Assembly (NCBI GenBank): GCA_963732125.1
Contig: CAVSXX010000002.1
Location: forward strand, 37,985-101,984
Direction: 5' to 3'
Length of the DNA stretch: 64,000 nt
From: an uncultured Acidimicrobiaceae bacterium
GTDB taxonomy: Bacteria; Actinomycetota; Acidimicrobiia; Acidimicrobiales; RAAP-2
Below the pieces are notes generated by a model that was given only the letters and a program-made list of their open reading frames with translations, made no database searches and was not told where the DNA came from. Every line of letters begins with the position of its first letter. The stretch's first letter is position 1. The position numbers and the translations under genes are program-made. This document shows positions 17,345-27,071 of this stretch, piece by piece.

Positions 17345-17910
17345 ATTTCTCCCTGAGGTGAGTGTGTGTGAATGTGACGATGCGAAGTCGGCGCCATCTG
17401 TGTTCGACGCCACAGCGACCTTACGGGAGCCGTTGCGACGAGCGACGTCGGGTTATCGCTCAAAACGCTCGCTATGCGCGCAGCGAGACGACGCGCAGCA
17501 TCGTCGAACAAGGTGAGTGACGTGTTCACTCGTAACACGAAGGCCAAGTGCTCACAAGAGAACCGATATGTGATGGTGTGACATATGCAGCAAGTATTCG
17601 CGCACGAACGCAGCGCGATTCCTTCGTATTTTCACAAGCAATTATCAGTAAGCGGACACGTCTGCGTTATCGCGCTGAATGACGACATCATCGCGTATGT
17701 GATGCGCAGTTTCTCCCTTGTGACGAGGTGGTACACGCGCCCCAAGAAGGCGCGCGTTGATCGTTCTCGCAGTCAATGTTGGTGCGTGACTTCACAAAGC
17801 CGCTCCCCGCTGAGATCACCCAACGAAGCGAGCGCGCAACTCTTTTGAAGAATCATTCAACAGCGAACGGCATTCGTCGACTTCCTTCGCTGAGAGGGTG
17901 CGCCAATCGG

Positions 17911-20193
17911 CTACATCTCGTTCGCACTGAGCTCGACGCGAATCACGATCGATTTCGACGTGGGCGTGTTGCTGCCAATCGCCGTCGCGTCGAGTGGCAC
18001 CAATACGTTGGTCTCGGGGTAGTACGCGGCCGCCGAGCCCTTTGGTGTCTCGTATTCGACCACGCGAAAATGTTTGGCACGTCGCTCGCCGTCCTTCCAG
18101 ACGCTGATGAGATCGACGTCGTCACCGTCGCGCACGTTGTACTCGGCCATGTCCGAAGCATTCATGAAGACGACTTTGCGTCCACCGAAGATCCCTCGAT
18201 ACCGGTCATCGAGCCCATACACCGTGGTGTTGAACTGATCGTGCGAGCGAAGCGTTTGGAGAAGTAGATGTCCCGGCGGCGCTTCGATGGCGTCGGGCGG
18301 ATTCACGGTGAATCTCGCCTTACCCGTCGCGGTCTTGAAGGTGAGCGAGTCATGGGGCCCGCGCGGCAACACGAACCCACCGGGTACCGCGACGCGCTCT
18401 TCAAAGCTCTGGAATCCGGGCACCACGTGTTCGATGTGTCGGCGAATGACCCGGTAGTCGTCGGCCATGGCGCTCCAGCCGATGTCCTCGCCAAAGAGTG
18501 CCGTACCGAGGCCGGTCACGATGGCGACTTCGCTGCGAAGCAGCGGCGATCCTGGCTCGAGACGCCCGCGCGAGGCGTGCACCATCGCCATCGAGTCTTC
18601 GACCGTGACGAACTGCTCGCCACTTGCCTGCACATCTCGCTCCGTGCGACCGAGGCAGGGCAGGATGAGTGCCTCTTTGCCGTGGCAAAGGTGCGAGCGA
18701 TTGAGCTTCGTCGACACGTGGACCGTGAGATCGCAGTTGGCCATCGCGGACTCTACGACCGCCGTGTCGGACGTGGCAGAGACGAAGTTTCCGCCGAGCG
18801 CGAAGAAGACGCGAATCTTGCCATCTCGTAGCCCGCGCACGGTATCGACGGTGTCCCAGCCGTGCTCGCGTGGCGGCTCAAAACCGAACTCGTCGCGCAG
18901 CTTGTCGAGGAAGCTGTCAGGCATCTTCTCCCAGATGCCCATGGTCCGGTCGCCCTGGACGTTGCTGTGCCCGCGTATGGGAGCCGGTCCCGCACCCGGA
19001 CGTCCGATGTTGCCGCGCAGCAGCAGAAAGTTGACGATCTCGCGAATGGTCGCCACCGCATTGCGGTGCTGGGTCAGTCCCATCGCCCACGTGACGATGA
19101 TGCTCTTCGCTCGAACGGTCTCATCGGCGAGCCGTTCGATCTGCTGTCGAGTGATCCCGCTCTGTGACTCGATCGTCGACCAGTCGAGTGCTCGCCAGGC
19201 GTCGCACGCCTCTTCGAATCCATCGCAGTAGGTGTTGATGAAGTCGTGGTCGAAGATCGTGCCGGGCGCCGTGTCTTCTCGCTCGAGCAGGAGCTTGTTG
19301 AGCCCGGCGAACATCGCGAGGTCCCCGTTCACGCGTACTGCCATGTGCAGGTCCGACAGCTTGGTGCCGTCGCCGATCAGACCCTTCGGCGTCTGGGGAT
19401 TCTTGAAGCGGATGAGCCCGGCTTCCGGCAGTGGGTTGACGGACACGATCCGCGCGTGGCGCTTCTTCGCCATTTCGAGGGCGGTGAGCATGCGTGGATG
19501 GTTTGTGCCGGGGTTCTGGCCGGCGATGATGATGAGCTCGGCGTAGTCGTTGATGTCATCCAGGTCGACGGTGCCCTTGCCGACGCCGATGACCTGGGTG
19601 AGCGCAGTCCCGCTCGACTCGTGGCACATGTTGGAGCAGTCCGGCAGGTTGTTCGTCCCGAATCGGCGCGCGAGCAACTGGAAGACGAAGGCCGCCTCAT
19701 TGCTCGAGCGGCCGCTCGTGTAGAACGCCGCCTCGTTCGGGCTATCGAGCGCCTTCAGCCGATCGGCAATCAAGGTCAGCGCGCCGTCCCAGCTGATTGG
19801 GGTGTAGTGATCAGCGCCGGGCGCGAGGTACATCGGCTCGGTGAGTCGCCCGTGGTGCTCCAGTGTGTGCGCGTCAACCTGTAAGAGGTCGCTGACCGCA
19901 TTGTTCGCGAAGAACTCACGCGTCACACGATCAGTCGTCGCCTCCCAGGACGTCGCTTTCGCCCCGTTCTCGCAGAACTCCGCCGTCTTGCGATCTCTGG
20001 GGTGCGGGTCGGGCCAGGCGCAGCTCGGACAATCGAACCCCTCGACCTGGTTGAGCTTGAGGAGCGTCTTAACGCCGCGTCGTACACCCATCTCTTCGGC
20101 GCCGTAGATCACCGTCTCTTTGATGGCGGGCCATCCCACCGCGTACGTCTCGGGCTTTTCGACTTTGATCTGTTCGTCCGATTCGTCTGTCAT
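17911..20193 (-). CDS. FdhF/YdeP family molybdopterin oxidoreductase
   Basis: GFDCPSCAWPD, AEFCENGAKA, FYTSGRSSNEAAF, TNNLPDCSNMCHESSG, RGHSNVQGDRTMGI and TLRSHDQFNTT. GAGG RBS before ATG 20193. Confidence 0.93.
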   Translation of the reverse strand: MTDESDEQIKVEKPETYAVGWPAIKETVIYGAEEMGVRRGVKTLLKLNQVEGFDCPSCAWPDPHPRDRKTAEFCENGAKATSWEATTDRVTREFFANNAVSDLLQVDAHTLEHHGRLTEPMYLAPGADHYTPISWDGALTLIADRLKALDSPNEAAFYTSGRSSNEAAFVFQLLARRFGTNNLPDCSNMCHESSGTALTQVIGVGKGTVDLDDINDYAELIIIAGQNPGTNHPRMLTALEMAKKRHARIVSVNPLPEAGLIRFKNPQTPKGLIGDGTKLSDLHMAVRVNGDLAMFAGLNKLLLEREDTAPGTIFDHDFINTYCDGFEEACDAWRALDWSTIESQSGITRQQIERLADETVRAKSIIVTWAMGLTQHRNAVATIREIVNFLLLRGNIGRPGAGPAPIRGHSNVQGDRTMGIWEKMPDSFLDKLRDEFGFEPPREHGWDTVDTVRGLRDGKIRVFFALGGNFVSATSDTAVVESAMANCDLTVHVSTKLNRSHLCHGKEALILPCLGRTERDVQASGEQFVTVEDSMAMVHASRGRLEPGSPLLRSEVAIVTGLGTALFGEDIGWSAMADDYRVIRRHIEHVVPGFQSFEERVAVPGGFVLPRGPHDSLTFKTATGKARFTVNPPDAIEAPPGHLLLQTLRSHDQFNTTVYGLDDRYRGIFGGRKVVFMNASDMAEYNVRDGDDVDLISVWKDGERRAKHFRVVEYETPKGSAAAYYPETNVLVPLDATAIGSNTPTSKSIVIRVELSANEM

Positions 20194-20291
20194 AGACACG
20201 CCTCGACTTTCGATTACCGAAGCCAAGGTACCGCAACTGCTTGTAAATAGGTCAGTATGGACGTGCGAAACCGAATCGATGACGAGGCAAA

Positions 20292-21254
20292 ATGAATGAG
20301 CTGAATACTTTTGAGAATCGTCTCGCGCGAGGTGAGCTATCGGGTGTCCTGCCCGTGTTCCAGACGCCCTTTGACGACCGGGGCGAGGTCGACTTCGAGG
20401 CGCTGGAACGCGAGATCGGGTGGCTCCTCGACGAGGAGGCTGACGGCGTCGTCTTCGCGATGGTCTCAGAGATCCTGCGCCTGTCGTCGTACGAGCGCGA
20501 CACCGTCGCGGCTGCCGCGTGCGAATACGTCGGCGATCGCGGTGCAACGGTCATCTCCGTGGGCGCCGAGTCGACGAAGGTCGCGCTCACCCACGCCCAA
20601 CACGCACAGACAGTTGGCGCGAGCGCAGTGATGGCAATCGCGCCGGCGCTGCACCGTACAGAGGACGAGGAGCTGTTCTCCTACTTCATGGCCATCGCGG
20701 AGCGAGTGGACGTGCCGATCATCGTCCAGGACGCGAGCAGCTACGTGGGCGCGTCACTCTCCATCGACCTGCAGGCGCGCCTGCACCGCGAGCTCGGCGA
20801 TCGATGCATGTTCAAGCCAGAAGCGTTGCCGATCGGGCCGCGCCTCAGTGAACTGATGGACGCGACGAACGGACAGGCGCTCGTGTTTGAAGGAACGGGC
20901 GGGTTGCATTTGATCGACAGCTTTCGTCGGGGCCTTGTCGGGACCATGCCGTCGGCCGAGCTCGTCTGGGCGATCGTTGCGATGTGGGACGCGCTCGCGA
21001 GCGAGGACTTCGATCGGGCCTACGAGATCGCTGGTCCGCTCGCCCTCGTGGTGTCCATGCAGACCAGCCTCGACAGCTTCGTGGCGATCGAAAAGCACCT
21101 GTTGGTTGCACAAGGCGTGCTCAGCTCGCCCGCAATGCGCGGGCCCGTCGGCCACTCGATCGACGATGCGACGCTCGCCGAGTGCGAGCGACTCATGGAG
21201 ATGTTGCGCGTCCTCGTCGTCGACGACGACGAGGACGAGGACCTACTCGGCTGA
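20292..21254 (+). CDS. Dihydrodipicolinate synthase (DapA/NanA)-family aldolase
   Basis: GVLPVFQTPF...GEVDF, ISVGAES, AVMAIAP, IIVQDA and Schiff-base Lys in MFKPE. Acidic C-terminal tail. Confidence 0.85.
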   Translation: MNELNTFENRLARGELSGVLPVFQTPFDDRGEVDFEALEREIGWLLDEEADGVVFAMVSEILRLSSYERDTVAAAACEYVGDRGATVISVGAESTKVALTHAQHAQTVGASAVMAIAPALHRTEDEELFSYFMAIAERVDVPIIVQDASSYVGASLSIDLQARLHRELGDRCMFKPEALPIGPRLSELMDATNGQALVFEGTGGLHLIDSFRRGLVGTMPSAELVWAIVAMWDALASEDFDRAYEIAGPLALVVSMQTSLDSFVAIEKHLLVAQGVLSSPAMRGPVGHSIDDATLAECERLMEMLRVLVVDDDEDEDLLG

Positions 21255-22121
21255 GGTCGCCGACTCAGAAGCCGGCTCGACCGGCTGACGATTGCGAGCT
21301 GCGACGACCGCGATCGCGGCGACACCAATCAGCTCACCGATCACCTGCAGCGCCGACAGCGATTGCCCGAGGATCGGTATCGCGAACACCGCCGCGACGA
21401 GTGGCGAGAGACAACTAATAGCTGAGGACACCGATGCGTCGACGTAGCGGTGCGCCCAGTTCATGAGGAAGTGGCCCGTTCCAGGCACCAACGCGAGCAG
21501 CGCGATCCAGGCGAAGTCGGTGGCGTGCACGCGGCCGAGCGCCTGGCCGGAGGCGAGCACGACGATGCTCGTCACCACGGCTGCCACGATCGTCACGCCT
21601 GCGGTGTACTCCATCGCTTGGGTCTTCTCGCGGGCACGCTTCGACAGCAGCCAGTACGCAGAGAAGCTCACCAGCGCGCCGAGTGCGAGCAAGTCGCCCA
21701 GCACCCGATGGTGTGCTGCGGGGCTCGGCCCGAGCACGGCTATGGTGACGCCCGCCATCGCGATGACGATCCACACGACGTCCCATCGACCGAGGCGCTC
21801 GTCGAACATCTTGCGGGCGGCGATGAGCACCAGGGCTGGCTGGAACGCACCGATGACGGTCACGTCGACGATGCTCGTAAGGCGCACGGCGCTATAGAAC
21901 GCCATCATGTCGCCGGCGAGGAAAAGGCCCGGGAGCCAGGCGGATCGAAACGTCGCCCAGCTGATCCGCTGGCCCACGGAGTGCGTGATGATCACGAGTA
22001 GCACGGATCCGAGCCACAGCCGGTAGAAGGCGACGACCAGCCCCGACGCGAACGTCAGCGCCGCGAAGATGCCGCCGAAACCCCAGAAGGTCGCGGCGAG
22101 CGCCGAGGCGCTCAGGCCCAA
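21243..22121 (-). CDS. DMT/EamA family transporter
   Basis: Ten hydrophobic helices in two repeats; FWGFGG, AFYRL, FDERL and GDLLAL. The TTG start is uncertain. The 3' end overlaps the DapA-like gene by 12 bp. Confidence 0.85.
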   Translation of the reverse strand: MGLSASALAATFWGFGGIFAALTFASGLVVAFYRLWLGSVLLVIITHSVGQRISWATFRSAWLPGLFLAGDMMAFYSAVRLTSIVDVTVIGAFQPALVLIAARKMFDERLGRWDVVWIVIAMAGVTIAVLGPSPAAHHRVLGDLLALGALVSFSAYWLLSKRAREKTQAMEYTAGVTIVAAVVTSIVVLASGQALGRVHATDFAWIALLALVPGTGHFLMNWAHRYVDASVSSAISCLSPLVAAVFAIPILGQSLSALQVIGELIGVAAIAVVAARNRQPVEPASESATSAE

Positions 22122-22193
22122 CGTCGAGCGTCGAGTGCCCTCGTTAATGAGAGGTCACGTAGATGGTGGGGGGCACAGCGCGTGGCACTGGAG

Positions 22194-23717
22194 CTATTTG
22201 CCTTCCGCCTTTGCTCGGTCGGTGGGCGTCGAGGTCGGAAAGTTCAGTGACGAGTGGTGCTGGCCGATGTTCGCCCAGCGACTCGTCACGGCCTTGCCCT
22301 TCGTGTAGAACCTGACGCCGTCGGGACCATATATATGCAAGTCACCGAAGAGCGAGTTGTTCCATCCCCCGAAGGAGTAGTACGCGACCGGCACCGGGAT
22401 CGCCACGTTGATGCCAACCATGCCCGCATCGACGTCGGTCTCGAAGCGTTGCGCCGCTCCCCCGTCACCGGTAAAGATGGCCGCCCCGTTGCCGTAACCA
22501 TTGCGATCGATGAGTCCCATGGCGTCGTCCAGCGTGTCCACGCGCACGAGTGAGAGCACCGGACCGAAGATCTCGTCGGTGTAGACCTTCATGTCTTCGG
22601 TCACGTTGTCGATGAGACACGGCCCGAGCCAGTACCCGCCGGGATCGCCGCTGATGTCGTGGTCGCGGCCGTCGATGGCGATCGATGCGCCCTCGGACTC
22701 GCCGATCCCAAGGTAGGAGGCCACCTTGTCGCGGTGCTCGGACGTGACCAGCGGACCCATCTCCGACGTCGTATCGGTACCTGGCCCGACCGCTAAGCGG
22801 CTCACCCGCTCGCGAATGCGCTCAACCAGCTCGTCACCACAGCCTCCGACAGCCACCAGCACGGAGGCGGCCATGCAGCGCTCGCCCGCCGATCCGAACC
22901 CCGCGCTGACTGCGGCTTCGGCAGCGTCGGCGAGGTCGGCATCGGGCAAGACGACCATGTGGTTCTTCGCCCCTCCGAGTGCCTGCACGCGCTTGCCCTC
23001 GCTCGCGGCCGTCTCGTAGATGTAGCGGGCGATGGCCGTTGAGCCGACAAAGCTCACCGCTTCGATGTCGGGGTGCGTGAGAATCCGGTCAACCGCCACG
23101 CGATCGCCCTGGATCACGTTGAAGACGCCGTTGGGCACGCCTGCTTCGGCGACGAGTTCGGCGAGGAATATCGACGCGGAGGGATCCTTCTCCGACGGCT
23201 TGAGCACGAAGGTGTTGCCGGTCGCGATGGCGAGGGGGAACATCCACAGCGGCACCATCGATGGGAAGTTGAACGGCGTGATGCCGGCAACGACACCGAG
23301 TGGCTGGCGCACCGAGTGCACGTTCACACCGGTCGCGGCGTTCTCTGTGAACTCACCCTTCATCAATTGCGCGATGCCGCAGGCGTACTCGACGACCTCA
23401 AGGCCTCGCGCGACCTCTCCGGCCGCGTCGCTCTTCACCTTGCCGTGCTCGCTCACCACGATGTCGGCCAGTTCGCCCGAGTGGGCGACGAGCAGCTCGC
23501 GGAGTGCGAAGAGCGCGGCCGTGCGCTTGGCGAGCGAGGTCGCGCGCCAGTCGGGAAAGGCTGCCTTGGCGGCCGCCACGGCGGCGTCGACTTCGGAGAC
23601 GGAGGCGAAATCCACCTCGCCGCTCTGGATGCCGGTCGCGGGGTTGAAGACCTTGCCGTGACGCTCGGCCTCGCCGACAAACGGCTTCCCGTCGATCCAA
23701 TGCGTGATTCGTTTCAT
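22194..23717 (-). CDS. mmsA: CoA-acylating methylmalonate/malonate-semialdehyde dehydrogenase
   Basis: ITHWIDGK, ITPFNFP, KPSEKDP, SFVGST, GGAKNHMVV, AGERCMA, EIFGPVL and GINVAIPVP. Confidence 0.92.
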   Translation of the reverse strand: MKRITHWIDGKPFVGEAERHGKVFNPATGIQSGEVDFASVSEVDAAVAAAKAAFPDWRATSLAKRTAALFALRELLVAHSGELADIVVSEHGKVKSDAAGEVARGLEVVEYACGIAQLMKGEFTENAATGVNVHSVRQPLGVVAGITPFNFPSMVPLWMFPLAIATGNTFVLKPSEKDPSASIFLAELVAEAGVPNGVFNVIQGDRVAVDRILTHPDIEAVSFVGSTAIARYIYETAASEGKRVQALGGAKNHMVVLPDADLADAAEAAVSAGFGSAGERCMAASVLVAVGGCGDELVERIRERVSRLAVGPGTDTTSEMGPLVTSEHRDKVASYLGIGESEGASIAIDGRDHDISGDPGGYWLGPCLIDNVTEDMKVYTDEIFGPVLSLVRVDTLDDAMGLIDRNGYGNGAAIFTGDGGAAQRFETDVDAGMVGINVAIPVPVAYYSFGGWNNSLFGDLHIYGPDGVRFYTKGKAVTSRWANIGQHHSSLNFPTSTPTDRAKAEGK

Positions 23718-23828
23718 GATGCCTCCAGTGTCCTCCATCCAGTGTGGCGGATCGGCGAGCCCCGCGTCACATCGACTTGAATCCTCCTCGCCCGCCGCGT
23801 CACTGGGCACAGGAGAACGAGACTCCGT

Positions 23829-24842
23829 TCAGGATATGGCGCGAAAGCTCCGCAGTATCTCGACGGCCGCCGCGTCGCCGAGCAACTCATTTCCATAGAG
23901 GCCGAAGCGATCGATCACGTCGCCGAAGCGCTCGGTGACGCGCGCCGCGACCTGATCAAGTGGCGCGACAATGCTGAAGGCGTCAACGACGTCGTCGTTG
24001 ATGAGGTCGGCCATGGCGTCCCACTCGCCCGCCCGTGAGAGTTCGTTGAGCTTGGGCTGCAGGTCGCCCCAGCCGGAGAGATCGAGGACGCCCCGGTACG
24101 CGGGCGTCGAACCATAGAAGGCGATCTGCTTGCGCACCGCTGCGCTCGCCGAGTGACCCTCGGCATGCGCGTCGGCGTCGACGACCATTCCCGTAAAGGC
24201 GACCTGAATGTCCGAGCGCGAACGACCGGACTTCGCGAGTCCCCGCTCGAGCGCGGGCATCGTTACCTCGCGCAGATAGCGCTCCGTCGTGAAGGGGTGA
24301 ACGAGGAGGCCGTCGGCGACTTCACCCGCCACCTCGGTCATCAGCTCACCGACGGCCGCGAGGAAGACCTTTGGCGGACCGTACGAGTGAGGGGCTGGAC
24401 TGAAGAACGGCGTCATGAGTGTGTGACGGTAGAACTCACCGCGAAAGAACAGCTTCTCGCCCTCGTTCCAGCTGGCCCAGATAGCGCGCATGGCAAGGAT
24501 GTACTCACGCATGCGTGGCGCGGGGTGCGACCACTCCATCGAGTAGCGCTTTTCGATGTGTGGCTTTATCTGCGAGCCGAGTCCAAGCAGGAGGCGACCG
24601 TGGGAGAGAATCTGCAGGTCGTTGGCCATAGTCGCAGTGATCATCGGGCTTCGACCGAAGGCGACGACGATGCCCGTGCCGAGCTCGAGTTGGGTCGTGG
24701 CGGGTGCGGCGGCCGCGAGAATCAGCAGCGGGTCGTGTCCGATCTCGGCGGCCCACGCCCCATCGAAACCAACGCGTTCGAGCTCTCGCGCTTGCAGCGC
24801 CATCGACGAGGGGTCAAAGTCGAGACCGCCGTCGATCAGCAT
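23829..24842 (-). CDS. LLM-class, probably F420-dependent oxidoreductase (TIGR03617-like)
   Basis: AEIGHDP, LGTGIVVAFGRSP, LGLGSQIKPHIEKRYS, TLMTPFF and IAFYGSTPAYRGVL. TAAACT-6nt-ATG. Confidence 0.88.
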   Translation of the reverse strand: MLIDGGLDFDPSSMALQARELERVGFDGAWAAEIGHDPLLILAAAAPATTQLELGTGIVVAFGRSPMITATMANDLQILSHGRLLLGLGSQIKPHIEKRYSMEWSHPAPRMREYILAMRAIWASWNEGEKLFFRGEFYRHTLMTPFFSPAPHSYGPPKVFLAAVGELMTEVAGEVADGLLVHPFTTERYLREVTMPALERGLAKSGRSRSDIQVAFTGMVVDADAHAEGHSASAAVRKQIAFYGSTPAYRGVLDLSGWGDLQPKLNELSRAGEWDAMADLINDDVVDAFSIVAPLDQVAARVTERFGDVIDRFGLYGNELLGDAAAVEILRSFRAIS

Positions 24843-24869
24843 GCGCGAAGTTTACTTATGCGTCTGCTG

Positions 24870-26075
24870 TTAGCGACGAGGACGTCGCGCGTCGCCACGT
24901 TCGATCATCTCGTCGATCTCCACCGGCGAGTAGTCGAGCTCAGCGAGGATCTCGTCGGTCTGCTCCCCCACGAGCGGTGCGCGGTGTCGAAGGGACGCGG
25001 GCGTTGCCGACAGCTTCATCGGTGACTCGATATGGCGATATGTCCCCACGATGGGATGGGTCTCTTCACGCAGGACGCCTCGATGGCGCGCCGGGTCGTT
25101 GACGATCTCGTCCATCGTGGGCACAGGCGCCGCGGGAATGCCCAACCGTTCGCAGAGCTCCAGCCACTCAGCCGTGGTGCGCTCGATGACGATCTCGGCG
25201 AGGTCCTGGAAGACGCGATCGGCCTCGCGCAGGCGCGCACCGTGCTCGGCGAACCACGGCCGTTCCATCATGTCCATCCGGTCGACCTCAGAAAACAGTG
25301 CCCGCCAGTGATCGTCGGTATAGGGCATGATCGCGACGTAGCCGTCAGCTGTCTGGTGCGGCCCGCGGTGTCGGGTCATGATCCGGCTGTAACCCGCAGG
25401 CTCTCCGGGAATCGCGGCAGCCGCTAAGTGCTCGACCAGGTTGAACGAGAGCACCGTGTCAAACATCGGGACCTCGACCTTCTGTCCCTCGCCGGTGTGC
25501 TCGCGATGCACGAGCGCGGCGAGGACCCCGGTCGCGATCATGACGCCGGTGATCTTGTCGCCAATGAGCGACGGCAAAAACGCCGTCGTCCCGAGCACCT
25601 CCTGATTGAGCGACGGCAGCCCGGTCAGCGCTTGGATGATGTCGTCGTAGACGGGCGCGTTCTCCTCGGGGGTTCCCGACGCGAATCCGTGCGACTCGCA
25701 GTAGACGAGGCGAGGAAACGCTGCGGCAAGATCTTCGTAGCGCAGCCCCAGTCGCTCGAGCGGTCCCGGGCGAAGATTGGTCAAGAAGATATCGGCGCTG
25801 CTCAGCAGTTGGCGCAGTACCTTTGCGCCCGCGTCGGACTTCACATCAAGAGCGATCGAGCGCTTGTTGCGATGGAGATTGAGCGCCACGCCCGACAGCC
25901 CCGGCGTCGCTCCGGCCCCCATCAGACGACTGCTGTCGGGGCCGTGCTCAACCTTGATGACCTCAGCGCCAAGGTCGCCCAGCATCTGTCCGGCGTAGGG
26001 CGCCATGACCACCGTCGCGAGCTCGACGACCCGCATACCGTGCAGCGGCCCGTGGGGCCCTTCGTCTGAGGTCAC
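24870..26075 (-). CDS. CaiB/BaiF family III CoA transferase
   Basis: GMRVVEL, APYAGQMLGDLGAEVIKVE, HRNKRSIALD, NLRPG, YDDIIQA and APLVGEQTDEIL. Confidence 0.93.
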   Translation of the reverse strand: MTSDEGPHGPLHGMRVVELATVVMAPYAGQMLGDLGAEVIKVEHGPDSSRLMGAGATPGLSGVALNLHRNKRSIALDVKSDAGAKVLRQLLSSADIFLTNLRPGPLERLGLRYEDLAAAFPRLVYCESHGFASGTPEENAPVYDDIIQALTGLPSLNQEVLGTTAFLPSLIGDKITGVMIATGVLAALVHREHTGEGQKVEVPMFDTVLSFNLVEHLAAAAIPGEPAGYSRIMTRHRGPHQTADGYVAIMPYTDDHWRALFSEVDRMDMMERPWFAEHGARLREADRVFQDLAEIVIERTTAEWLELCERLGIPAAPVPTMDEIVNDPARHRGVLREETHPIVGTYRHIESPMKLSATPASLRHRAPLVGEQTDEILAELDYSPVEIDEMIERGDARRPRR

Positions 26076-26084
26076 TGAACGATC

Positions 26085-26807
26085 TTACGAAGTGAGTGCG
26101 GTTGCCTTCGTTGCTGCGACCATCTCCCACGGTCGAGCCTCTGACGCGAGTCCGCTGAGCAAAGTGCGCTGGGCGCTGGAGACGACAATGTCGACGTGCG
26201 GCATCCGGGTGGTCTTCCACGAGTAGGAGATCGCGTGCAGCGCGCCGAGCAGCATGTTCTGGGCGAGCTTGAGATCGATGCCGTCGCGCAGGAAGCCTTG
26301 CTCGTTCGCGTCAGCGAACAGCCTCGACCAGACCGTGACGTACGCCTTCTCCGCGGGGCGGCATCGCTCGAGCACCGAGACCGGCACGTCGCCGCGCAAG
26401 CGAGTCGACGCGGCACGCGTGTAGTCCGAGTTCTTCACCGTCAGACGCAAGTGCGCATCGATGGCGATCGCCAAGCGATCGAGGGCGTCGATCTGTCGAT
26501 GTTGTTCGAGCACCTTCTCGAGGGTCGTACGCGCGTTGGCGAAGCCCGCGATGAACACGTCGCCGGCCAGCTCTTCCTTGTTCGAGAAGTGGTAGTAGAT
26601 CGCGGGTGCCTGCACGCCCGCGACGTCGCCGACATCGGCGAGCCGCATGCCGTTGAACCCCTTGTCCGCCAACACCTTGGCCGCGGCGTCGAGCAAGCGA
26701 ATCCGCGTCGCCGCCGCCTTGCCGCCTACCTCACCCGTTCGCTCAGGGTGCTTGTGATTAGTTATTGGGGCCCCTGCGGTGGCCTTTGACTTCGCCATCA
26801 CCCTCAC
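26085..26807 (-). CDS. TetR/AcrR family transcriptional regulator
   Basis: RLLDAAAKVLADKGF...LADVGDVAGVQAPAIYYHFSNKEEL helix-turn-helix. Start could be ATG 26798. Confidence 0.92.
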   Translation of the reverse strand: MRVMAKSKATAGAPITNHKHPERTGEVGGKAAATRIRLLDAAAKVLADKGFNGMRLADVGDVAGVQAPAIYYHFSNKEELAGDVFIAGFANARTTLEKVLEQHRQIDALDRLAIAIDAHLRLTVKNSDYTRAASTRLRGDVPVSVLERCRPAEKAYVTVWSRLFADANEQGFLRDGIDLKLAQNMLLGALHAISYSWKTTRMPHVDIVVSSAQRTLLSGLASEARPWEMVAATKATALTS

Positions 26808-26842
26808 CTTTCATCAGCGTTGATGTATCGGTCCTCTGACAC

Positions 26843-26866
26843 GAAGACCTCTTTATGAAGGTCTTC
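26843..26866. promoter_or_regulatory. Palindromic operator candidate upstream of tetR
   Basis: GAAGACCT-N8-AGGTCTTC, a perfect 8-bp inverted repeat about 36 bp upstream of the start. Confidence 0.5.
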
Positions 26867-26983
26867 TCTCGTAATTGAATGCCGACTGCCCGACATCTGG
26901 TGCAACTGTACCGGTTCGGGCTGATTTCGCCTCTGGAACTACATCACCGACATCGCGGCATGCTGAACGTTCATTCAACTTCG

Positions 26984-27026
26984 TGTGAGTGCGTTGCACC
27001 TCTGTGAATTGTGCTCCGCACTCACA
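26984..27026 (-). terminator. Hairpin downstream of the acyl-CoA dehydrogenase gene
   Basis: Perfect 10-bp arms TGTGAGTGCG/CGCACTCACA with an inner GCAC/GTGC pair. Confidence 0.45.
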
Positions 27027-27071
27027 ACAGTTCAACGTCGAATGAATGCGGTTGCAAACGCGAAACTCCGT

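Noticed and set aside
17568-17584. CRP/GlxR site (TGTGA-N6-TCACA) upstream of the secreted protein
   Set aside because: The spacing is N5 and the right half is TGACA, so it does not match the consensus.
17911-20193. Selenocysteine or true formate dehydrogenase call
   Set aside because: The active-site motif has Cys (CSNMCHES), there is no in-frame TGA, and the motifs fit the YdeP-like subfamily whose substrate is not established.
20194-20547. 118-aa N-terminal extension of the FdhF/YdeP ORF
   Set aside because: It overlaps the divergent DapA-like gene and is low-complexity Arg-rich; an RBS and a family-typical start exist at 20193.
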